Assembly: GCF_009914755.1 (NCBI RefSeq)
Contig: NC_060930.1
Direction: 5' to 3' (one strand)
Length of the DNA stretch: 64,000 nt
DNA from: the human T2T-CHM13v2.0 reference genome, Homo sapiens
Shown here one piece after another: positions 1 to 13,113 of this stretch. Every line of letters starts with the position of its first letter. Position 1 is the stretch's first letter. The notes under the pieces are model-generated. The model made no database searches. It was given only the letters and a program-made list of their open reading frames with translations, and was not told the origin of the DNA. A program made the translations under genes and the position numbers.

Positions 1-1589
1 GATTCTGTGTTTTGTTGTGGTCATTTTATCTTTGATTTACAATACCTTGCACAGTGACTGGCATAATAAATGATCAATCAATGTTTGTGGAAAAAATTGA
101 TTAAGTGAATAAAGAGTTAATGTAAGTTACATTATATAGTACAGTGATGCAAAAATAATAAAAATATGCTGTGTTTGCAACTTACGTAAAATAAAGTTGA
201 ATTCACCCAAATATCTAACTCTTAAAAGATAAATGCAAGTAGCTGGTAGCTGATTTAAGCACCAGTAACAGAAGTGAACACCTAAAAAGTAAATTTTATC
301 ACAGGTAGGAACATGTGAATGACCCTGATTACTTGTCAATAGGAAAAGATGTTGAGTGCAGGCATTTTCTCTTTCTACTTTGGATCAGCAATCAGATTCA
401 CTCACAGATCATTGATTCATGAACAGCACTATATACGTACTTTGAATTTTCAAGTAGCCAGTGTTTCATAAGTGTTTATATTACAAGTACACCCTCAGCC
501 AACTCTTTTTCTCTGGTATAGTGTTCTCATGATTTTTAGCCAGACAAGACTCAAGAGTTCCCTTTATGATTTGTATTCTTTTGTCAATACATTTCTTAAA
601 TTAAGAAAAAATATTTCTTCATTTCCAGTGATCTAGGATTATTTTTGGTTATTTGGATGGCTAATACGTGCTCACGAAGTCAAATGTATTCCTTTTACAC
701 AAAGAACAAACATTAGTTTTATTTTTAACTGAATATGTAAACGACTTGATATAAACCAATTATGAAGTGCCTACGTGGATTTCTGTGCCTTCATTTATTT
801 CTCATTAGAAGTTTGATAACAAAATGTCCACAAAATCACGTTTCAAATGGAAACTTGTTTAAGTTTTGGATATTCATCTGATTACAAATGTGCAGAAATT
901 AAAATGGTTGTAACAATTTGACTTAGTTCCTAAAAATCACATGGCTCACAATTTTCTGAAAGATGGGGATGTTAGATAATATGAGACTTTACTGTTGAAA
1001 AGATAAAGAAAATGGCAAACTGAACATTCAATTTACTCTGGAATACTTGATAAGGAACAATTCGGGAATTAAAAGGTCAAAAAGGCTTCATGTGTTCTAA
1101 CTATTCTGCTTTTATTTCATCAAAGCTTCTTATTTTTCAATCATTCATATGAAATTATTCATAACTGATTTACTGCATTGGACAGGAGTTATTTTCTCAT
1201 CCTATTTCTGACAAATATCTTCAAAGCTCTTATAACATAGATACCAAGAGAGGACGTGAAATGAAATGGGACTAGAGGGGGGAAAAAGGCCAATGCTCTT
1301 AAGTCAAACTGCACAGAGAGGTGAATGGTTCAGTGCATGAATATCTCAAAAATGCCCTTAGAATTTTGCTCTTAACTACAAGTCTATCTGCAGGCTTTGT
1401 CCAAATGAAAAACTAACAAACCAAAGGAAACCAAACTAAACTAAACAAAAATAAAACTCTCCTGACAGAAATTCTCCAATGAATGTATCTTTGAAATGAA
1501 CCACTTTATTAGCTGCTAAGCAACCTTCTGGCTCCTTTTTCTTTAACTCTTACAGTAAAAGAAAAACTACCCCCCAACCCTGCCTACCT

Positions 1590-1918
1590 AGTTTCTCATA
1601 TCTCAGTTTCAGTTACCCGTGTTTCAATTACCCACCATCAAACTCGTCCAAAAATAGGTAAGTACAGTATAATAAGGTATTTTGAGAGAGAACATAATCA
1701 CCTTTTATTAAAATACATAGTTGTTCTATTTTATTATTAGTTATTGATTGTTGTGAATCTCTTACTGTGCCTAATTTATAAATTAAACTTTATCATAGGT
1801 TTGCATATATAGAAAAAAACATAGTACAGTCTGTATAGGGTTTGTTATCATCTCTGGTTTTAGGCATACTTGGGCATCTTGGGATGTACATACCTGTGGA
1901 TAAGGCAGAACTACTGTA
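1590..1918 (+). mobile_element. MER44A-like Tigger (TcMar) MITE
   Basis: Motifs tttcagttacccg, aatctcttactgtgcctaatttataaattaaactttatcatagg; terminal ggataagg..ctactg followed by TA. Confidence 0.85.
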
Positions 1919-1933
1919 GTTTTCTCCTCTTAC

Positions 1934-2039
1934 CTGATAGGAGCACCTTTGGCTTGTGCTGGTCTCAACAATACAGTTATTGTGGTGGCAGTTTCATTGA
2001 GAGAGGCATCAACTCCTTCATAGTCAGGTAAAGTTGGAG
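1934..2039 (-). CDS. PTPRK: PTPRK coding exon (exon 11), 106 nt, phase 1-2
   Basis: Not in the ORF track. Reads (A)[34 protein letters not shown](S). Acceptor catcag, donor gtaaga. Confidence 0.97.
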
Positions 2040-2779
2040 CTGATGAGTGATTAATGAGATAAAAAAGGTTCAATTAATTTACAGTAATATATCACAGGTC
2101 AGAATGAACAGACAATCTTAAGTTAGGAAAAAAAAATTCACCTAATTATCTACAACGTATTTTGTTTTATAGCATAACATCTCCAAATGAATTTCAACTC
2201 TGGGAACTTAAAATATCAAAAGCTAGAAAACCAAGATTTGCTGTGGAAATTTAAATAATCGTCTGGCAATTTATGACACACATTCCAAATATTTTGTGAA
2301 GATGCTTTCCTTTTAGTTTCCTGAGACCTTCAAGTGAGTAATGATGGGAGGGAGGGAAGGTAGTAACTGAGAAGACTGGGCAGTAGTGCTTATGGAGTCA
2401 CATATGGCGATCAGGAGCTATGAACAGCAAGAGCTGAGGTCAAGGGCTACCTGGTGAAACAGTGTCGTTTATGATCTTATAGTGTAGAAAGACACAGTAC
2501 TCTTATGCTAATGTGTTTTTCACAACTCTGGTCACAAGAGAAACATACCAAGAAGTGTGGTAAATGATAATGGACATCTTAGCTTTTGTTCATCAGGGAC
2601 ATTAGTTGCCAGATTCTTAAAAAGAATAAATTTATAATTTTTTTAAATATTTGATAATGCTTAATTAGGGACTAGGATCTTGAGGGGGAAAAAGAGTTAC
2701 CTCAAATAGCTTTGGATGACTTTCATGTAGAAAGCTGTTTAAGGAGTATATACTCAATGAAATGTGTGCATTATCTCTA

Positions 2780-2975
2780 TCCATTCGTTGAACATTTACT
2801 GAATATATACTATGTGCCAAGTTTTATGAGAAATGCTATGAATATAAAGACAAAGCATGGTCTCTGATATTTAGAATTAAAAGTAGGAATTCACATTTTA
2901 TGAAAAGTAAGAGTCTTACAAACAAAAAATTATAGCAAAATGTTAGTGGCCAAAAGTGGAAGACCATTTGCCAAA
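2780..2975 (-). mobile_element. L2 3' fragment (likely continues ~3200-3690 after the MER5A)
   Basis: cattcgttgaacatttactgaatatatactatgtgccaag resembles the reverse complement of the L2 3' end. Confidence 0.6.
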
Positions 2976-2976
2976 A

Positions 2977-3158
2977 CAGTGGTTCTCAAACTTGTAAGAT
3001 CAGAATCACCTGGAGGGCTTTCTAACACACAGATTATAGCCCCTCTACCCTAGAGTTTCTGATTCAGTATTTCTGGGGAGGGACCTGACAATGTTTATTT
3101 CTAGACAGTTCTCAGGTGATGTTGGTGATGATGGTCTGGGGGTGGGGGGTCACACTTT
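2977..3158 (+). mobile_element. MER5A hAT-Charlie MITE
   Basis: cagtggttctcaaactt...cagaatcacctggagggct...gtttctgattcagta...ttctcaggtgatg...cacacttt. Confidence 0.85.
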
Positions 3159-3711
3159 TTTCATTAGTATTGGCAGTGGGGGGATGAAACCAGAAGGCTC
3201 AGGGTGTCTAATGATGTTTAAGCCAAATATTAAAAAAAGGGTAAAAACTCATCAGGAAGAGAAAGGATGAACTAAAATTCTGAGAAAGGAAGCAGAATAT
3301 CTGAAGATAACAAAATATGAAAGGGCATGGTACGTTTTAACAGCTATAAGCCGTTGGCTGTGCCGGGAACTTTGGGCTCATGGGGAGAAGTAGAGGATGG
3401 GAGGAGTCATGCAAAGAAGGACCCTGAATGCCAACACCAAGTGGATCTTTAGACTTCATCCCGCTGATTATAAGATACAAGATTGCGAAAATATTTAAGA
3501 AGGAAATATCTGTGGATTAAAGATAGATATAGAAATGCAGTGAAGATGGGTAAGTCTGAAGGTAGGGATACCACTTAGAAAGATATTTCAATAATCTGTT
3601 TAAAATACTGTCTAGATGGAAGAAAAGGAGCAGTGACATTAGAAGATTAATTATTATCTGAGAGTTTTTTAGGAAGCAGAAACAACAAATATTAATTTAA
3701 TACATGCACAA

Positions 3712-3765
3712 TATGTAGTATGTATGTGTGTATATGTGTGTATGTGAATGTATGTGTATGTATAA
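3712..3765. repeat. Degenerate (TG/TA)n microsatellite
   Basis: tatgtatgtgtgtatatgtgtgtatgtgaatgtatgtgtatgtata. Confidence 0.8.
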
Positions 3766-5557
3766 ATAATTCCCCCAACAGTTATGCCTGCAATAACTTG
3801 ATTTCACTGTTATTTAAATTATTTTTTTAAATGCTGAGAAATGTAATTACCGGACTCAGGGAATAAATTTGACAATAAATTATCTGAAAAGTTCAAGTAA
3901 TGATGAGAACCACACTAACCATAAATTTATTAATCTTAGATGTGATTAATAATTGTTCTTAACATAAAGTGATTGCAACCAAGTTTTTAAAGTACAATCA
4001 AGTACTCATTGCACTTAGGTTAATACAAGTAAAAGTGAAGTTGAATAATTAAAAGAAAAAATCAGATGGATGTTCTGGTCTTTTTTATAAACTTTATGTT
4101 CAACACAAACACAGTATCTGAGCCTTGAGAGACATACACACACACACACACAAACATTTATGGCTCTCAAAAATTTACATTTGTTCAATGTTCTCAGTTT
4201 TGTTAGTTTATATAAATTTTGTAGCTGTCTCTATTGAAAGATCTTACTCAATTATAGCACTGCTGCTAATTCCAGAGGGTAGAAAACCTATCTCAGTGCA
4301 TCGTAACATCACCAAGTCTTATTTTCTGGTAAAGTGATTCAATACATATTTTAAATTCATGATTTGTAATTGTTCTCAGGAAAGAAAACTGCAATTTTAA
4401 AACATTGTTATTTTATAATATAATGGATGATACTTTAATTTTTTATTGGAATATTAAGATAAATCAAATGCTCTTCCAAGGAATTATAGCTCATAATGGA
4501 ATAGCTAATTTTATTCATGATACAAATTTTTAAAGTTTGTATTATACTCAACACGTTTGCAAGTAACATTTTAGACTCAAAATAATTTGGAAAGTACATG
4601 TCTTCCTTTTAATGCAAATGGTATAGATTAAAAAAATGAAAGACATATTTTATGGGTATTAATGATGTATCATTAATATTTGCCATGTGGAACTATAATA
4701 AAAATGAACACAAATGAACAAAAAGAATTAACAAAGTCAAAATTTGTGCTTTACTACATTGTGTGGTTGACCTTTAAATAATTTATTTTTCAAATTTAAC
4801 TCTTCATTTACATATACAATATGTATTTATTTTAGTAATCTTAAATAAGAAAAAACATTATATAAACTTTAGTAGATTTAGGGCATACTACAAAGCTAAC
4901 TCCTTGCAAGAATTTAATCAGGTTTAACTGATGATCTGACTGAAGGAGAAATAAGCTCTGTAAACAATCTAGTCAAATACAAACTGTGCAACTGTGACTA
5001 CAATAGAATGTAAAGTTTAATTTCTTTATCAACCTAAAATTCTTCTGTACGTTCCCATTTTAAAACTTATATGTATTTATATAAGATTTTTAAGTGTGAA
5101 AGAAAAGCCCATCTTTGTTTAAAATTATCATAATGTCAGGGAAAATGAAACAGAAACAAGGTATGTAGTACTATAATACTAGAGAAAGGATCTTCTACCA
5201 TTTTTTTGATAACATTCATTTAGAGTAAAGGTCTGACACCATAATAATTATCAACTCTTCAAAAGTATCATAAGATCTATTAGGATTTATAATGAATTTT
5301 GAAAGATTTTTAATAAAGATTTAGTATAATTTTTTTAAGACCACTGTCAATCAAAAGTGACTATTTCAGATGTGTTTTGGTTTGGACATATAATTCATAT
5401 TCAAATAATTATTTAAAGTGCTTTCATTTATGCATAACTATATTAAAGGTTCAACAAGCAAGATGAACTACACTTGGTTTATATGTGATTCTCCAGGATG
5501 TGCCATTACAAACCAATGGCATAATCAATCCTATTTGTAATTTATTCATTTGCATAC

Positions 5558-5759
5558 CTGAGATATTGGTGGTGACATTGATGGCTGTGGCTGGACCAAA
5601 GCCTTTGACCGTGCTGGCTCTTATGAAAAACTGGTACGTGGTTCCAGGGTGGAGATGCATAAAGACATGGTGTGTACTGTTCCATAAATTTGATACAGTC
5701 TGGGGAGGTCCAGCCACTGGGACTGCAGGATCAAATGATCTTATACTGCTATAGCTGAT
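5558..5759 (-). CDS. PTPRK: PTPRK coding exon (exon 10), FN3, 202 nt, phase 0-1
   Basis: [67 protein letters not shown], with the FN3 motif LxPGTxY. Acceptor aaaacag, donor gtatgc. Confidence 0.98.
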
Positions 5760-6835
5760 CTGTTTTAAGAAATACATTTATTACATATCTAGTATCCATC
5801 ATAAGAAACTGTAAATAAACTCTGTATAAATAAGGTAGTATGCAAGGGCATCCATGTGGAGTCAATGGTAATTTTTTTCTTCTTTTCTTTCTCATGTTGA
5901 TATTGTTATTTCTGTCATTCTGAAGTTCTGTCTATATGTCAATCAATCATCTATCTACAGATACACCGGAGTTATAGCTGACCAAATCAATATACATCTA
6001 TTTTCTTCCATCAAAAAAACCACAATAAATTATGCGTACATAAAAAATCTTATAGCCATATACTTTAATGCATATGAAACACAGAAAGTGTTTCAACAAA
6101 TTTTTATTATTATTAACATATTCTGTACTTTGTTCAAGTTATATAACAAATTTCATGTAAATAGTATTCAAATATGTGAACACAGTTTCAAAATATAACA
6201 TTGTACTAGTGATTCTCATTTCCATAATTCACTCTGTAGCCATTAGAAATTTAAGCATTTATGATCTAATCAACGCTATGTAGGAACAGAACTACACATT
6301 TGTGTAACTTAAATGATTCTTTCATTTCTTCTTTTTTAGTTTCTCATATTTGAAAAGATAATGTTTTATATTCAAAGTTGAAATGAAGCTCTAGAAAAGT
6401 CAGCTTTATAATCTATTTTGCTTTTTGGGTATTATTCCTTACTCTGAAACAACTGAAATTCAATGGCTTCTCCTAAATCACAGTATGATAGGAGTTTCTT
6501 AAATTTATAAAAAGGAAAATGAGGGTTTTTTAATATGTGATTATTACTATAACCATCGTAAATCTGATAATGACTATCCTGCTTCCCTAAATCAACAAAA
6601 CAGCAACAAAAAACATGCATTTTTTAAGAATTTGAAAATTCTAGATGCCATACAAAATATTTATTTTGACGCTTAATTTTGGAATCAAAGAATCTGTAAA
6701 TTAAAACAAAGGAGAATGATTTTAATCCCCTAATCCTCATTTACGTCTTTTCCATATTTCCCTCTAACTTTTCCTTTCTTCTTCCTTTTAGTCCTTCAAT
6801 CCACATTTCAATTAACTTCCTTGTTCTCCCAATAC

Positions 6836-6945
6836 CTCATATTGAGTGATGATTCCATTTGGATCCAAAGGTTCTTTCCAGTTCAAGAAGATCTTATTTT
6901 CAAAGGATGTTCCTTGAAGAGATTTTACTGGTACGGGACCAGGCA
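6836..6945 (-). CDS. PTPRK: PTPRK coding exon (exon 9), 110 nt, phase 1-0
   Basis: Not in the ORF track. Read manually as (V)PGPVPVKSLQGTSFENKIFLNWKEPLDPNGIITQYE. Acceptor tttgtag, donor gtattg. Frame joins the flanking exons. Confidence 0.97.
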
Positions 6946-9900
6946 CTACAAAACACATGAATTTTTTGTTATGAAAATGCTTACATTAGAAACAGAAAAA
7001 GTAAATCAGATAAGCTAGATAAACAGGATTAAAAATAAATATAAAGAAAAATAAATAAAAATGTGTCCTTAAAAACAAAATAAACTATATGACTAGTTCT
7101 CTGATTTTACTTCGATATATGAGAATTTAAAGCAAGTCTATAAGGTTCTGATGCAGAAAATGTAGAAATGCAAAGTTATTTTTATTCAAAAGAATATTCT
7201 ATCACCTTAGAGAGATGCATAAATTATGTAGTCTAGTTTCCTCTGTTGTATACCTCTAATAACGTGAGGATCTTATTTGTAATTTGTTTCAAGAACAGAG
7301 CTGTATTTCCCCAAAGATTTTTTTGAAGATTATGCAAATCCCCCAAAGAGTCTCCATAAACAAAGTTGATAAATAATAAATTACGATAATAATTAACACT
7401 CTTTGGTCTGGAAAGCCGAATCACATAGCAAAATGAATTGAAATGTCCATTAATAGCCAACCTTACTTTTATAGCTATATGTATTAAATGTTCTGTAATT
7501 TTAAAAAGGCAGTGTTGATTATTACCATATTTAAAGAGTTATTACAGATGGATAGGTTCAAATGTCACTGCTTCAGCCTTTTAAAGGAAATTCACTTATT
7601 CAAAGGTAAGAATCAAACTAGTTTATAATGTCAGACTTGTTTAGAACTCAACGATCTGCACAACTACTTTGGAAGTGTCCTCAGCTATGACCATATTTGA
7701 AGAGCCTTTGCTTCAGTCCTTATTTGCAAATGTCATATAACTGGTCATACACAATGGCAACACTGAATGATGCACCAGCTTCTATTGACAAAATACCAGA
7801 TAAAAAATTCTTTCGCTATCGTGTATTTTCCTTTTATATATTTTATTTAAATACTTAGCTGCTATTTATTCACATGAATATCCAATTTCTAGTTCTGATA
7901 ATATTTTAAAATATATAGTATCTATCCTACTTGGCTAAAAAATGTGTTTCTTTTTGAAAATATCAACTGAATATTGGGCAAGCATAGTTTTTAATTAATA
8001 TTTTCCCTTAATCTAACGTTTCAGTGAACTTCACACATGACATTATCCAGAAATGTAGTTTCAAAGTATATAGCAATTTTGTGAGGATTGAAATAAATTA
8101 AAAATCACTGGATCAAGGGAAATACATTGCATTGTGGCTAGGAGCATCAAGAAATTCTGAATGATATCTCACGAGAGCAGGATTTATTTCAATCTACAAG
8201 GAGACTATGAATGATACTATGACCTCTGAGACAGGCAACATAATTTGATACATTGAGGAAAGAAACCCACAATAAACAGAAAATATGCCAGCACTAAACT
8301 TTAGAAGATATGTTCAAGCCATTGTCAGCCGAAGACTATGAGAGAAGTTAACTGAATGCATCCGCTCTCTCCCTGCTCCACAGTACCAGCAAGGCTGTGC
8401 AGCTGATCCAGACAGAGGGCCAGTGAGAGCCCCTCTGCACATCTGTGTCTATTGCTAAGGCTGCCATGGGCATTGGTTTGTCTTGCAAGAGTACCTGTTG
8501 TTTCCATTATATGCAAATGACATACACTTATGATTATATTGAAGGAAAAGATATTTCTTCATCCTTACGTATCTCTCATAGAAGGTGGCTAATGGGGGAA
8601 AAAGGGAGCAAAATATCCAATTAATGAATAAATGTTGATTTGATGGCATTGTAATTATAATAACTGCCTATGTTTACCTAACACAATTTAGCCTACAAAT
8701 ACCATAAAATGGCATAGATTTATTTTATCGAACATCGTTCAATAATAGGGATGGTTTAAAATATTTGTATAATTCTACATTGAAAAAGGAGTAGAATTGG
8801 GAAGTACCTTCCCTAGAAGTTTTGTATTTCTATGCTCTTACAGTTTTTCTGTTTTGACAATAGAATTCACTACAAGTACCTATAGATTGCATTTGTAAGA
8901 CAAAAGTTTGTGGCAAAGTTGTGGACAAGAGAGTGTCATACTACTTGTCGTGTACTTGGATGATCATAGATGAGAGAAGGAACTATACTTAGATGAACTA
9001 AAAGACACACACAAACAGGTGAGGTGAGGTGTGAGCACAAACAAAGTAGATTCAATAACTTTCTACATTTGAAGGAAGATCATGTGTACAATTATAGACA
9101 GAAAATGTCTCTCTGTACCTATGATTTGTGTAAATACTATATGAAGTTACTAAAACCATTATCATGGCAGTCTACTGATTGCAGGGAATGTCACTTCACA
9201 TTTCCACATCAACAACTTTTAATGGAAACAGAATGCTGACTTTTGTTCCCTTGCCTGAGACTTATATGACAGCTATTTCAGCTACTTTTTTTGAAAGTCC
9301 TTTATAATATAACTCTCAAAATGGAAAAGAGAGTGGAAATAAAATATGGGTGGGGCAAGATTATATTAGATAAGCATTATAGCCTTTAAAATGTAATAAA
9401 TGTACTTTCAAAAATAGCTTTGTAGTCTCAAAAATATGTCCCCAAACCAGGCTTTTCTGCTGAGCTAACTTTATAATATTGATTTTTTGAATGCTGGAAT
9501 AAAAAATGAAAACAAAACCTCATACAGAAAATTCTGTTCGTCCATTAAAAAGTGTATGCAATAAATTAAATAGAAATTCTACCTTAGGGTTCTGGCGGGA
9601 AATGGTTCTAGCTTTGCTCTCATGATTTATGGATGTCCCAGAATTCTTTTTATAAAATTATGTCCTTTTATTAGGTGGCTGATAATTTATTCTTTTTCTA
9701 TGTATACAGGGCAGCAATAATTTAGTAACACTGACTTAATCAGATCATCATAATCCATCGATCTTTCCAACAACAGATTATGATTTAGATATTCTTTCCC
9801 TGCTCAGGAACATTAAGACACATCAAGTATTCTATGTACAAAGTGAAGCTCACATGCTGATTTGAAGACAGAGTTACTTGCAAATACTTCATGGAAGAGT

Positions 9901-11200
9901 TTACGTATCAATCATTAAATATTATATATTAAACAAAAAGAAAAAATTACGCTCATAGTAGAAGGGATTAGTTTGTGACAATACTATGAAATAATAATAC
10001 GAAACTTAATATAATTAAAACTGGAAAAATTATTCAAAACAGAGATTAAAATAAAACTAGGATTGAAAATGATATTAAAATTAGAATTTAAAATATTTCA
10101 AAAAATAGTTAATGTCATTGTATTTTTACAAAACTATTTTAGATAAGATAAATAGTACAGTCATGAGTTTGATCAATGTAGGGCATAATTTAAAATTCCA
10201 AAGCAACTCATTCCTTGATTATTAGTCTAGTCATATTTATACTGAAAAATGCATTTAAAAATTTAATGCAATATGAAAAAGATTATATAAGCCTGGCTGC
10301 ATTCTTTTGTTTGTGGGAAAGAAGGGCAAACTAACAAACCATATCCAAAAATACCATCAAAATGAATTCTATTACTAGAGAGTGACTGGCTAAAGCAGCA
10401 CAAAACTATGTAACTGAGTCTACCATTACCAATTAGGACATGATTTTTTTTTTAAGGGTAGGCAATAAAACATGTGAATATACTTTAATAACTGAACACA
10501 TGGGCTACAAAGTGCCTAGTGTGACACAGACCTTATAACATTTATCCCATTTTAAAAGAAAAGATAGAAATTTTTTGGAGCTATTGAATCTGTAGTTAGA
10601 CTTCTCATTTTTATTATGTGCCTATGAAACAATTACCCCTAATCATTCTTTCTTGCATAAATATGCATTGAGTTGTGTGTGTGTGTGGCAGGGGTAAGAT
10701 ATAAGGATATTTGTGTGTTTATTAATTAGGAAAGGGGGTGTTGTTTAAATGTTGTTGCTACTTCAATTAGGTGCCAGTTCAAACATGATAGCTAAAGTAA
10801 TCATGTTTGGTTACCTCAAACATGACAAAAGCACATTCATCATAAATAAGTCTTAAATAAGTCTTAGGTTTATTCTCAGAAATTTTAGGAACATGAGTAA
10901 CTCCATGTATAGCTTCCGAACTATATTGCTTCCTTCAAATTTTGAGCTAAATGTGGTTAAAGGGCTCTCACTTCTCTTATTACAACAAAAACAGCAAGGC
11001 ACATGAAATGATGGTCATTTCCACTTTCAGAGTGGGAGAGTTTGAAATTATAAGTATTTGTAAAAACTATGGCATAATAACCTCTTTTATGGCAAGCTAA
11101 TAGAAGGTAGGCACCAAAAGACACACCTGATCTAAAATTCAGAACTTAAGGGAACTTGGGAATACGTGGTTATAAAAAACATTCTGTTTTATGAAACTCA

Positions 11201-11533
<333 letters not shown>

Positions 11534-12088
11534 CTACTGTCAAGCTACTTAAGAAGAAGTTTAGAAGGGGGTGGAACCTCAGAGATCACTTAATTTAAGC
11601 CCTTCATTGAAAGATAAGAACTGACTCCTAATTTAGCTTTGCCTCAGTTCACCATATGGCACACTTTTTTTCTACATGCCTTAATTCATAAAAGGAAATT
11701 TTGAAAGGAAATATCTTACATCCAAAGAGTGACTTATTGTTATTAGATTATCATTTGCAGATATTTTTATATGTTTTTGCTAAATTAGGAAATATATTAT
11801 CAATCAAATTATAATATACTGTAGTGCTATAACAGGTATGTGAACATTAAAATACTAATATAAATATTTGTTCATATTATTTATCAAGAAGTAACACACA
11901 GAAATTAGACAAAGTACAGTTTAGTTACTTGGATGGCAACAAGATACATAAAGAACAGCTTGCTAATGTCTAATAAAGGCCATTATATTAGACTTACAGA
12001 TATGAACTGTTGCTTGCTTTTATATTTAGACTCACATAAAACCATCTAAAATGAATAGAAAGGGTAAGCAGTATAAACAGTGTTGTTT

Positions 12089-12385
12089 CCTTTTTTCCTT
12101 GAGACGGAGTTTTGCTCTTGTTGCCCAGGCTGGAGTGCAATGGTGCGATCTCAGCTCTCTGTAACCTCTGTCCCTGGGTTCAAGTGATTCTCCTGCCTTG
12201 ACCTCCCGAATAGCTGAGATTGGCAGGCACCCGCCACCACACCCAGTTAATTTTTGGAATTTTTAATAGAGACAGGGTTTCATCACGTTGGCCAGGCTGG
12301 TCTTGAACTCTTGACCTCAGGTGATCCACCTGCCTCGGCCTCCCAAAGTGCTGGGATTACAGGCATGAACCACTACACCCGGCCC
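12089..12385 (-). mobile_element. AluS (Sq/Sp-like), full length
   Basis: gagttttgctcttgttgcccaggctggagtgcaatgg; TSD aacagtgttgttt at 12076-12088 and 12386-12398. Confidence 0.97.
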
Positions 12386-12810
12386 AACAGTGTTGTTTTC
12401 AAATGTGAGAAAAATAAAAACAGCTACTATTGGTTTATAAAATACAAAAACCCTAAGTTTTTTATCAAGTGCATTTTACCAATAGGCAATTGATATAGTG
12501 CCATGGAGAGTAAAAATTATTTTTGAACATTTGATTTAAAAAACCCCTTCATTTAAGTTTTTAGTGTAGTTGCCACTTCTGTGTAAGAAGAGAGGACAAC
12601 AGAAGCACATTTCATTTAGTATTTGGATGCTTGTCTGAAGAATATTAGGTTTTGTAAAAGGCAATTTTTTTCCAAAGTTAATCTCATTAATAACATTTAG
12701 ATGATTTCAGAATCCAATTCAGTATTGGACAATCTTAGGAAAATCTTAAAGTAATCACATTTTTCTTGTTAGAGAATTCCCCCCTTTTAAACAGCAAAGT
12801 ATGAGCATAC

Positions 12811-13113
12811 CATCTTCATCAGTTTGAATAATTGTCTCTTCACTCTCCTTCCTTCCCTCTGGATTGGTTAGGATCATCTTGAGGCTGACATTTGTATAAG
12901 GTGGCAGATGGTTCACAACATGCTGAGGGGCTTTGGGGTCCATGTCCAAACAGTCTGCCTTGCTCTCGTTGTGACCACGGAAGTAATGGTAGCAGATAGT
13001 GACATTAAAAGTGTGGCAACGCGTAATGTTGTAACCCAAGGATTCCCAGTCCACAGCAATCCGTCTTGCCTGTATTTCAGCAATCTTTAATGTCTTTGGG
13101 GTTCTCATAGGTT
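12811..13113 (-). CDS. PTPRK: PTPRK coding exon (exon 8 by recall), FN3 domain, 303 nt, phase 1-1
   Basis: Translates (E)PMRTPKTLKIAEIQARRIAVDWESLGYNITRCHTFNVTICYHYFRGHNESKADCLDMDPKAPQHVVNHLPPYTNVSLKMILTNPEGRKESEETIIQTDED, recognised as PTPRK. Acceptor ttttcag (AG at 13115-13114), donor gtatgc (GT at 12810-12809). Confidence 0.98.

Noticed and set aside
3138-3183. G-quadruplex candidates (also 2346-2360 and 45377-45397)
   Set aside because: Only three good G-tracts or long loops; they do not meet the canonical four-tract pattern.
5485-5754. 89-aa plus-strand ORF (also 12908-13090 and 6821-7018)
   Set aside because: Antisense shadows of real PTPRK exons, with non-ATG or weak starts and no independent coding evidence.
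12755-12810. Intron read-through adding GMLILCCLKGGNSLTRKM-stop (possible secreted isoform)
   Set aside because: Good donor at 12810 and no canonical minus-strand AATAAA seen shortly downstream. The extension is what ORF calling gives at any exon end. The same applies to 5451-5557.
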